Assembly: GCA_965644315.1 (NCBI GenBank)
Contig: CBFFRQ010000116.1
Span: forward strand, 1-36,032
Source of the DNA: Caecitellus pseudoparvulus
Lineage: Eukaryota > Protista > Bigyra: Bicosoecida
DNA length: 36,032 bases
Reading direction: 5' to 3'
Below, one piece after another: positions 1-9,714 of this stretch (the first letter of the stretch is position 1; each line of letters begins with the position of its first letter). The position numbers were made by a program, and so were the translations under genes. The notes beneath the pieces are model-generated. The model was not told where the DNA came from, made no database searches, and worked only from the letters and a program-made list of their open reading frames with translations.

Positions 1-253
1 ATCGCAAATGGCGCTGAAGCTGCCGCTGCACCCCGACCCAGTTGAAGGTTGGCAGGTTGGAATCCCCTCAAGTTCAGACCTCAAAACGTGCCACAGGAGC
101 CTCTGTCAGTCTCGCGAGTTCTGCAGCTTACTGTTTTCAACTGTTGATCACGTTCACCTGCATCATCCGGCCAAAGCCTACAAATACTCTTCACAATGCC
201 TCAGCCGCCCAGAACTGAACTCTGCAGCCAGGACCGACGACCACATGTAAACA

Positions 254-1753
254 TCACCGCCCGCAAGCTGCCCTGAGGAGAAGAAAAGCACGCCTCCCAC
301 TTCTCGTGCTTGTTCCGTACCAAGCAGCGTCCTTCCCTGCCTGCAGAGCAGTGTCCCCCGCCAACGCTGCAGCTTCGCGTGGCATGGCCCGGCTGCCTGT
401 GAGCCCCATCAACTCTCGCACCACATGCGAGTGGCCGTTCCTGCATGCCATGCGGAAGCCCACGTCAGGGCCGTCCCAGCTTCCCACATGGACATCCACA
501 GCTCTTTGTCCAGTGAGGGCCAACAACTCGCGCACCACTTGCACGTGGCCACGCTCACAAGCACTCCGAAAACCAACCTCTGGCCCAGTCCCATCTGCGA
601 CATGAACATCAATCGCCCCGTCGCCAACCACGCCAAGTAACTCGCGCAGCACGGCCAAGTGGCCAAGATAGCAAGCCCATCGGAAGCCATACTCGGGCCC
701 AACTCTGTCTCCCGCGTGGATATCCACCGCACGCTCCGCTGGCAACGCCAGCAGCAAACGCACAACGTTTGCGTGGCCATACCGGCAAGCGAGCCGAAAG
801 GCAGACTCGGGCCCATCAAGATCTCCCGCGTGCACATCCACTGCCAGCTCGCCAGAGAGGGCGAGCAAGTCTCGCACGACAGTCTCATGTCCTCCCGCAC
901 ACGCGGACCGAAAGCCAGCTTCAGCCCCATCCTCGTCACATGCGTGCACGTCTACCTGCCGTTCACCAGTGAGAGCCAGCAGCTCCCGAACTACAGCATC
1001 ATGGCCGTGCTGACATGCCCTCCGAAAGCCAGCCTCTGGTCCCTCCCAATCTCCAGCGTGCATGTCCACAACGCGGTGGCCTGTCAGCGCCAGGAGCTCG
1101 CGCACCACACCAACATGGCCCCGTGCACACGCGTACCGAAAGGGGGCCTCAGGCCCATCTTCATCTCCCACATGCACATCAATCTCACGGTCCCCACCAA
1201 GCCGCAGCAACACACGCACAACATCCAAGTGGCCGTGCAAGCACGCGGCTCGGAAGGCAGCCTCCGGCCCAGCCGAGTCCCCAGCGCGCACGTCCACTGC
1301 ACGCTCGCTGCCGAGACGCAGCAGCTCAGAAACAACATCTAGGTGGCCCTCAGAACTGGCCGCTCGAAAGGCAAACTCAGGCCCGTCTTCATCTCCGGCG
1401 TGCACATCCACGGCCCTTTCCCCGCTCAGAGCAAGCAGCTCCCGCACCGTCTCCACATGCCCATTCCAGCAAGCCAATCGAAAACCCGCCTCAGGGCCAT
1501 TCTCATCACCTGCATGGACATCCAGGCCTGCCTCTTCCTCCACGGCCAGCAGTGCTCGCAACAGGCCAACGTGCCCTGCTGCACATGCTCTCAAAAAGCC
1601 AGCGGTAATGTCGTCCCCTGTCAGAGCCCCAAGCACAGACTCTGCACTCGCCTTTGGCCCGTGGAGCATGTCCGTCAGTGTGATTACGTCACCACCTGTG
1701 CAAGCAGCCCTCCACTCTCCCACGGCACCGGCATTGTCCGCCTCACTCTCCAT
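254..1753 (-). CDS. Ankyrin-repeat protein with about 12 tandem 38-aa units
   Basis: Repeated unit VDVHAGDxxGPExxFRxACxxGHxxVVRELLALxGxRx matches the ankyrin helix-turn-helix pattern (A-xxGH-xxVV-xxLL). First ATG is at 1753 (MESEADN) and the stop is TGA at 254-256. Confidence 0.85.
   Translation of the reverse strand: MESEADNAGAVGEWRAACTGGDVITLTDMLHGPKASAESVLGALTGDDITAGFLRACAAGHVGLLRALLAVEEEAGLDVHAGDENGPEAGFRLACWNGHVETVRELLALSGERAVDVHAGDEDGPEFAFRAASSEGHLDVVSELLRLGSERAVDVRAGDSAGPEAAFRAACLHGHLDVVRVLLRLGGDREIDVHVGDEDGPEAPFRYACARGHVGVVRELLALTGHRVVDMHAGDWEGPEAGFRRACQHGHDAVVRELLALTGERQVDVHACDEDGAEAGFRSACAGGHETVVRDLLALSGELAVDVHAGDLDGPESAFRLACRYGHANVVRLLLALPAERAVDIHAGDRVGPEYGFRWACYLGHLAVLRELLGVVGDGAIDVHVADGTGPEVGFRSACERGHVQVVRELLALTGQRAVDVHVGSWDGPDVGFRMACRNGHSHVVRELMGLTGSRAMPREAAALAGDTALQAGKDAAWYGTSTRSGRRAFLLLRAACGR
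390..1610 (-). repeat. Degenerate 114-bp tandem repeat encoding the ankyrin units
   Basis: The recurring plus-strand motif tgcacatcc/tggacatcc/tgcacgtcc...gccc is spaced about 114 nt apart. Confidence 0.75.
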
Positions 1754-2262
1754 GGCGTTGCGGCGCAGATTCCGCACATGTGGCCTCGATGCACCTCCGC
1801 GCTGTGAAAGGAACAAGGCTCCAGCAGGCCGACCAGGGTCAAATTCTAAGTTGCACTTTCACACTCCAGTTGTGAACATGAACAGCACCTGGGTTTCCTC
1901 GTTTTCGTCACGCGCCGTAACTGCTCCAAGTGTCAGCCGAGGCAGTGGCGTTTGCTGCCCCTCGTGCCTTTCGCCTCGTGCTGCCTCCACAGCTTCTTCG
2001 AGCTGGACCTTTCACTCTCTTTTCAAATCAAACACCTTCATGGTCCTCTAGAGATCGCTCCACTTCCTAGTCTTGGCCGAAATCAGTTGCACGTCGCAAG
2101 AATATCTGTGCAAGTTTCCGTTCGGCACCGGCAGTGCTCCAAAAAGCAAAAATTAATCACAGCTTGTCGACCTTTCGTGTACGTAAATGTGCCTGCCACC
2201 AAGCCAGGCAAACTAGTGTGTGCATTTTGCAGCCCATGTCACCCTCTCTTTCCTTTCCTTCA

Positions 2263-5200
2263 TCAAGAGCGAGCAATGGCAGGGCCGACGACCAAGGGCG
2301 ACTTGGTGCGAGTGGCTGGGGTCTCCACACTCGAGTCCTCTGCTTCCAGGTGCAGGCCAGCTTCCCGCACCATGGCCACATCACGCGAGAGAGCGATTGC
2401 CTTGTCCACAGAAATGCAGCTGCCGAGCGCAATGCAGGCCGCTGCGCTCCTGCGTGGTCCAAACGTGCAGCACCAGAGGCCTGGGTGTGGGACGTGCTTC
2501 AGGTGTGAATGCGTCGGCGATTGCTGCAGGTACAGCTTCAGCCAGTCAAAGACTGCAGCTTGCCGCGTACGCAGGGTGGCGACGCCTGCGCCGAGCAGGA
2601 GGAGGAAGGTCATGAACAAGAACAGTGTGTTGGCCAGGAAGAAAGCGCCCTGCAGCAGGAACTCCGTCTTCTCCCCGACCAGTAGTTCGTCGCCCAGCGC
2701 CAGGCCTCCGAAGGCAGACACACAAATGGCGGTCAGTGCTGCGGTTTCCACAGCATTCATCAGCGTGGCCTCGTACGGCAAGGATGCAACATGGACGACA
2801 AGGGAAGCTGACAGCACGAGGCAGATCAGCGCTGCTTGCAGCTCGGCATTGCGCACGGTGACAGCGACTGCAGCAAGGAGCACTTTCCGTGGCAGCACGA
2901 CCAGCAACTCCCAGTACCAGAAGTTGGGCTCGTCTTCGTCTTTGCGGGGAGAGTCGTCAGAGTGCGCATGGGGAATTCTGAACCCTTCATACACCGCACC
3001 GTACACTGCCTTCACGCTGTGCTTGTAGACATGGTGCCTGTGGCGGCATACGAGACAGGCGCTGCCGAGCGGGATGCCGACGCCCCACACCAGCAAGCCA
3101 AGGTATGCCGCCAGCTGGGCTGTCTGGAACATGGAGTCCATGCTTCCGTGTGCGACATCTGAACGGAGGAACAGGAAGCCCAGGATGCGGAAGTCGTACG
3201 TGTCCAGCATGCGCAGACATGCCTCGACTACAGGGAAGTGCACCAGCAAGAGCAGGATGAAGGCTGCGCGATACGCTTGCTCAGCACACCTCGCCCGCTG
3301 CTTGAAGAGGTTCACAGTCTTTGCCAGCACAGCTTTCTCCTCAGAGCGCATGCTTGCAGGGTGGGCCGGCGGTGCGCCAGGCATCACAGCTGCTTCAACC
3401 TGCGCTGCCGCCTGGCTGCGGCTTGATCGCGGCTTGCGCATATCAATGACGACTGGGCCTTCCGACTCTTCATCAGCCTCGGCCAGGTCGTCCAAGTCAG
3501 CCCACGCAGATGTCCGTCTCGCTGCTGGAGATGGGTCTGTCTGGCCTGTATCGTCTTGGAATGAGGTGGACCTTGGAACCAGCGCGGAAGGTCTGGAAGT
3601 TGGAGACACCAGGGTCTTTGGCGCGGGGAAGGCAAAAGTATCATCAACCAGAGCACCCTCTTTCTTGGGAGGAGTGGAAGCGGCAAGGGGCTGTGGCGCC
3701 ACTGCCCCAGACTCCGCAACGCCTTCCCCGCCAACTGAGCCCCCACCCTTCTCCTCAGCATACCTCTCAGCAGCAGCCTGCAGCACTGCGTGGCTTTGCC
3801 GCTGCAAGATGCTGGTCACACCCGCTACGATCAACGGAATGCTCACTGCAGCAATGGGTATGCTCAAGGTGATGAAGAAGCGAGTGTACATGTCTGCACG
3901 CAAGGCGCACTGGGCAGGCACCGAGTTGGTGCTGACACCGACCGACACTGAGGAGAGCCACGCCATGATGCCATCTAACGCGCTTTCAGGAGGCAAGCGG
4001 GTACTCAGCAGCACTGCGTACATCTGGGCCCAACCGGTCATGACACGGAACACCCCAATGATCAGTCCCCTGCTCTGACCCTCCTTGCTTTCCCGATCAC
4101 TCGTGCGCAGGGCCAAGTACACGAGGAGCCCCGTGAACAAAACCCAGGAGCCGATGCTCTGCAGAAAGCCATAACTGTCATCGGGGCACTTCACGCAAAG
4201 CAACTGCGGGCTGGACCTTGCCCAGCCTTCAGCACACTCGCCACAAAGAATGCCCCTGTGCCCAGGCACACAGGAGATGCCACTCGAGTTCGCTACAGGC
4301 CTGCACGCATCTGGAGGCGCGCACTGAAGGATGCTCGCACCAGCGTAAAGAACCGCTTTCCCTGCGACTGCGGCCTGCAATTCAGCTGTCTCATTCACCA
4401 GCACTTGCGGACGCCGTCTCGTGGGCGTGTCAGCGCTGGTTGTGTCACCCTGTAACTCGGCACTGGCCACATCTTTCAGCTTGCTCCAGTACATTTCCTG
4501 CAGCTTTGGGTGTGATGGCACCATGGACGCATCGGTCACGCAGGTATCACACCAGAAACCCGGGCGAGGCCTGAACTGCCCAGCAGCGCAGCTGATGCCG
4601 TTCAAGGGGCACTGCAAGCACTTGGTCTGGGCCAGGTTGGCGAAGGTGCCGCCAGGGCACTGCGTGCATGCGGCCTCTTGGTTTTCAACATTGGCACGGA
4701 TTGTTCCAGGAGGGCAGCGTTCACAGCGAAGCCCAAAAGTGTCATTGGTGCTCTGGCGGCGCTGCCAGCCAGTAGCACAAATGCAGTCCATCTGCGAGTC
4801 AGCCAGCACCTCGCTGTCGGTGCGGCACGTTGGGCTCACAACCACAGCAAGCACAGCCACTGCACCCCGTGACAGAAAAGGATATATGGCTTGTCCTGAG
4901 ATAAAGGACGTGAGCAGCGTAGTCTGTGGCTGAGACGGTTGGAGTTGCAGCACGGCACGCATTTCGTCGAGCGCGGCGAGCCCGACATTCAGGTCGGGTT
5001 CGCCAGTCACTAGCTGTCGCACTTGCGGCAACTCAACGAGGGACTGTACTTCGCGACTTGCGGCATCTCGGGCATCAAGCAAGAGACCCACTTGCAGTCG
5101 CCCAGACACAATCAATGAGCTTCCAGGCGCTGAGACATCCATCATTGACATGTTGCGTTGCCCACTCAAAGCAGAATGAATGGCGATCATTTCGAGGTCA

Positions 5201-7243
5201 GCGCGTTTGGGCCAGGAAACGGCATCGGGCAGCATGAATCTGCTCGTGTGTGAGAAAGCCCCTCCGCCGTGCACCTGCACCCGCACTGGGATAGCCCGAA
5301 TTTCTTCGTACGCAGCCAGTGCGGCCACGTCCGTCGCGCCTGATGCTCCATCGGCCACGGATGCAGTGATCCGCACCAAAATAGTTGCTGAATATTCACC
5401 TGTACCGCACAAAAGCCTCAGTGGTGGCCGTGGCCCAAGACAAAGCTCGCCCCCATGCACGACGCTAATTGGCACCACCAGTTGCCCAGTGGAAGCAGGC
5501 AGCAATATCTCATCCTTTGCCGTGATTGTCTGCAGCCATGCGGCAGTGGAGGAGGTGCCCTGTGACAATACCACTTGCACGTGTAGATCAGCGAAGGATG
5601 CCAACGTTTGCAGGATGGCAATGCCGGAGGCTTCCTTGCTTGGCGCCACTGTCAGCGACACGGTGCCAGGAACCACAGAAAGCAGCGTGGAGCGCATGGT
5701 CACGGGCAGCACATGATCAAGCTGCCCAGCTTTGGACTTGGCATCGTACTCATTCGTGCGCAAGCGCAGGGTGCTCGAAAACAGCCCGCTGACAGCTGCA
5801 CCCGGAGAAACCAGCCACACTGTGAGGATCACGCGCTCACCTACGCCAAGGGACCCCTGCAGCACTCCCGACTCTTCTCGAAGGGAGCCGACGGAAACGA
5901 CGCCCTGCTCATCGGCAAGCACGGAAGCAATGCTGGAGTCAGCGCTTCCTGCGTGGCCACATACACCTGCTGGGGTCCACACTGCGAGCCACGGAGCCAA
6001 GCTAGCGTCCGCATGGTCAAGTGTCCAGGTCAGGGTGCCAGATCCAACGTTTCGCAGAAGCAGCTGCTGCGTGCTTTTGCCGCCTGGGATGACATTGCGC
6101 TCCACCACGCGAGGCCGTATGTCCGAGATCGGCGCGATGACCCGCAATGAAACCTGCACAATGACAGGCAAAAGGTCGGCCACCCGAAGTCGCCCAGGTG
6201 CCCCACCGGCCGCTTCGTTTGAAGCCGTCGAGTTTGCCTGGAAGGTAACAGTGGCCCGGTGTAGGCCAGGAGGAAGGTTCGCAGACTTCATGGTCAAGAC
6301 GACTCCTTGCTGGCCTTGGTTTGCGGGGGGTCGCGCCTTCCGGGATGCAGACAGCGTCAGCCAGCCCTGCTGCTAGCCCCGAAAGGATACCTGTGCGTCC
6401 CAGTGCACGTGTTCGGCACTGGACACAATCACAGCTTGAGACTTTGTATCAGACTGACCGCTGAGCTCAAAAGCAGCGGCCAATTCCACAGGGAAGGCGG
6501 TGAGGAACGGCAGGGGCTGGGGGGTGACGCTGGCGGTGGAAGAGGGGGAGGCACCGGGTGATTTCGTTGGTTGGGCGGACGCACTGCTGGATGCCGTTGG
6601 CGCTGGAGTCCTGCTGCTTGACCGGCGGACAAGGGGCGATCTAGAAGGGGCGATGGAAGGCAGCGGCGCTGAGCTTTGAGCCAAGTCGACCACCTTCACA
6701 GGCACGACTGCAGTCGCATTCAAGCCGGCGACGCCGCGGACGTGAACCACAAGGTCAAATGCTCCCGAGTTCTCAGTCGACTGCAAGTACGCGCTGGGGA
6801 GTCGTGGCAGCCCATCAACTGCGGCAGGCCCAAGCTGCAAGGAGAGGGAGACGACCAAGCGTGGAAATGTGGACGGAAAGGTTCGAGTCACCCTCACCAG
6901 TCAGTCGAGGGCAGACAAGGACCCCAAGCCGCTAGTCTCGCATGGATGCACGACATGCTCAAAACAGCAAGGGTCGCAGCAGAACCGACGTCTGCTGCGT
7001 CAGAGAGAAACAGGGGAGCGCCAACACTGGTCCTTGTCTGGGCACCAACCGCTGGATCGTGCAGTGCCGCCACGATGGTGCGCCCATTTAGGGTCAATTC
7101 TTGCTGCACAGTCGAGGACAGCCACACGGGCGGCCTTGAAGACTGAGTCACGCTGCGAGTTGCTGTCACTGATGGCGTCGCAGAGGGGGAGTTGCTGAGA
7201 GTAGATGCTGTTGACGAAGAGGGCGTGAAGACGCCCAGTGTGC
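2263..7243 (-). CDS. Large surface/membrane protein: Ser/Thr-rich stalks, beta-sandwich-like repeats, Cys-rich (CxxCPxG) region and a C-terminal multi-pass TM domain. 5' exon structure unresolved.
   Basis: The main ORF 2263-6297 has CERCPPGT, CTQCPGGTFAN, CVPGHRGILCGECAEGW and several hydrophobic helices (FWYWELLVVLPRKVLLAAVAV etc.). The same frame continues upstream through a TAG at 6373-6375 to 6897. A further coding-like frame (TPSVTATRSVTQSS) runs about 6900-7243 and needs an intron or frameshift to join. Stop is TGA. Confidence 0.7.
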
Positions 7244-8014
7244 CTGTGGAGTGAATCTAGCGCCTTGTTTTTCCGATGCCAGGTTCAAAGATTGGGCAGA
7301 TCAGATGATTCTCTGTCTCTCCCACCTATAACTTGGCATGCAAGCCGCCATCGCCACACGCACAAGCCAACTCTACAGCATCGGCGAACTCTCGGGGCAG
7401 CAGCCACACCAGAAAGGGTTCATAGCATTCATGCCTTGCAAAAGACTATGCTCTCACTATATTGACCTGCCCATCGCTGCGGACGCCCCTTCCCTGCGTC
7501 AGCTTCTCCAGCATCGACTGCGCCAGTCTTGGCAAGCACAACCGATTTCCGCAGCCCAGCTGCCTGCACTGCCCAGCCCCCTTGCCCTTTTTCGCAGATA
7601 TATGTCAGGAATACAGAGATTGGACCAATATTTGTAGCGTGAAGCCTTCATGCTTGCTGCCCTTCCCTCCATCCCTCGCGCTTTCGTTTTCAGACTGCAA
7701 TGCATGATTGACTGGCTCAGCCCAACGGCAGCGTCAGCTGTTGCGAGTCGCTGCCCAAAAAACCATGGCTGATCAAGAGTGAGGACAACAATTGAGTGTT
7801 TGCACAGCCTGAAGAGATCTCGGATTTGCAAGAATTGATGGTCCGGTGAGCATTAATGGCGGCATGGCCTCAATGTAGGGCGACATCACTCGCTCCTGGC
7901 TCGCCAATCTATGCACGGCATGCCTTGCAAGCCGCATGGAAGGGGGTAACTTAAGAAAAACCTCACTACTAGATCTTCTTTAGAGTGACACTTGTACTGA
8001 CAGTATCATTTGCA

Positions 8015-8467
8015 GCTCTTCAATCGCTAGAGCCAATGCACGCCCGCTTTGGGTCGGTCCGAAACGAAATGCACCGAGCTCAGCGTCAGGATCGCGCCCA
8101 AACACCACCACAGAACCCGGCAGAAACCTTTCAAGAACTGGATTTCTTTGCTGGGCCGTTGCGGCAAAAGTTGCTCCCGAATTCTGGGGGTGCCGCTGAC
8201 GGCAAAAGTTTCTACTGGCCCCACGAGGTGGTCGCCGCACCTCCCGGATGGACGCAAGTCCTGAAAACGTGCATTCGGTACTGTGGGGCCGTGTTTGATC
8301 ACGTAGTAGAAGCTCAACTTCAGGGCGCAGGCGTGCAACGCGGGCAGCCCGCCGCGGACCTCGCGCGGCGAGCCCGCTACACGGCCGCCACGCCTGCCGC
8401 CTGGACCATGCCAAGCCACCTCGCTCCTGGGCGAGGTGGATCGGAAGAGGAGGAAGAAATTGAGTGA
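8015..8467 (+). CDS. Orphan putative terminal exon/ORF of unknown product, with an acidic tail EEEEEIE
   Basis: The open frame 7985-8467 ends in TGA and is preceded by a branch-like CTGAC and a TTTGCAG acceptor ending at 8014. No family recognised. Confidence 0.3.
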   Translation, partial: ALQSLEPMHARFGSVRNEMHRAQRQDRAQTPPQNPAETFQELDFFAGPLRQKLLPNSGGAADGKSFYWPHEVVAAPPGWTQVLKTCIRYCGAVFDHVVEAQLQGAGVQRGQPAADLARRARYTAATPAAWTMPSHLAPGRGGSEEEEEIE

Positions 8468-8895
8468 GACAAGCTTGCTTTGGATTGATAGTGCATTCTA
8501 AGATGTTATTCCGAAATTCCCAGTGTCGTAACGCGCGACAGGGCCGTTTTGGGTCGCGGGGTGGCGCGGTGTGCGCGGAGTCACTGCGGCGCCCCCAACA
8601 CGCCAAGGCCGAAACCCGCACTCAACTCGCCCAACTGGCGCCGAACGCCTGAATGACGACGACTAACATAAAACTACCATGTTCCTGATGGAACATGCCC
8701 ATTTCACAGGGTGACTCACCATGCTTTGTGCAAGATATGTGTACTTAGCAAGCGAGAACTGTGGCCCGCTTCTTTCGAGGAGCAAGTGTGAGGTGAGTGT
8801 GGTGAAAACAAGAGGTGACAATGTATTGAACTTCCTAACCCTGTATATATAGGGGCAACGATGACTGGTTCAAATGGCGGGTGACAGTGATGGAC

Positions 8896-9408
8896 TCAGC
8901 AAGGACAGCTCTTGCCTGAGCTTGTGGAGCCGCCCCCCTTGGGCTTCACTGTGGGGGGTGCCGCTGATAGCTTCGCGCGGCCCATGCGCACTTTGGCAGC
9001 CTCGGTAGCAAGCAGGATGAATGCTTCCCGGACGTTGGCGCCGGTGGCAGCGCTGGCCTCAATGTACGGCACACCACTGCCAATGCTGGCGGCTGCTCTG
9101 CGCCCGGCCTCTTCGCTTACGATGCGCTTGTCAACCAGGTCCACCTTGTTTGCGACCAGTACCAAGGGGGCTCCCTTGCGCAAGGCATCGCCTTTACACA
9201 GCGTCTTCATCCAGCCTCCAACAGCTTCGAACGAGCGGGCATCGGTGACGTCGTACACCAGCATCGCGCCCTGGCACTTCCTCAAGTACGCCTCGGTGAT
9301 GGATAAAAAGCGCTCCTGACCCACTGTGTCCCAGCACTTTACCCGCGTCTGCACGGGATCCCCATTTGGATCCACCTTAAGATCTTCAGTTCGGACTATG
9401 AAGTCCAT
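8896..9408 (-). CDS. Rab-family small GTPase, C-terminal part (aa 46-215), separated from its N-terminus by a transposon
   Basis: MDF (switch I), WDTVGQERF (G3), YLRKCQGAMLVYDVT, ANKVD (G4), EASA (G5), and C-terminal CPC (CxC prenylation motif). Stop is TGA at 8896-8898. Confidence 0.92.
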   Translation of the reverse strand: MDFIVRTEDLKVDPNGDPVQTRVKCWDTVGQERFLSITEAYLRKCQGAMLVYDVTDARSFEAVGGWMKTLCKGDALRKGAPLVLVANKVDLVDKRIVSEEAGRRAAASIGSGVPYIEASAATGANVREAFILLATEAAKVRMGRAKLSAAPPTVKPKGGGSTSSGKSCPC

Positions 9409-9412
9409 TCCG

Positions 9413-9439
9413 AGGGTGCCTACCATAGCCTGATTTCGC
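9413..9439 (+). repeat. Left terminal inverted repeat AGGGTGCCTACCATAGCCTGATTTCGC
   Basis: Exact reverse complement of 13875-13901. Confidence 0.95.
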
Positions 9440-9714
9440 CACCTGTTTGGAAAGTGCTGATTTGGGCTGTGATCGACTTTTTGATCGGCGGTCATTCGTG
9501 ACCCGGCGCACAATTTCAGCCTCGTCACAAAATTTTCACCCCATACAACAATGCATTTTCACACTTTTTGTCGTCCGTTAGACGCTCCATAGCTGGCTAC
9601 CCTGAGCAACGCTGTGCGGGACTCTGGTCTTGCTAGACGCACCTTCATGATACAGCAGTCACAGCTTGTATTCTACATTGTACAATACCATTAGTCGTGG
9701 ACTGTCAGGGCTTC

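Noticed and set aside
1062-4078. Long plus-strand ORFs (1062-2051, 1952-3028, 3074-4078) and similar ORFs opposite other genes
   Set aside because: They are Ser/Arg/Ala/Thr-rich antisense shadows of GC-rich minus-strand genes, with no motifs.
9409-9528. N-terminus MTRLKLCAG... of the 210-aa Rab ORF in the ORF track
   Set aside because: This sequence is the transposon left end. The real Rab N-terminus is at 13901-14035.
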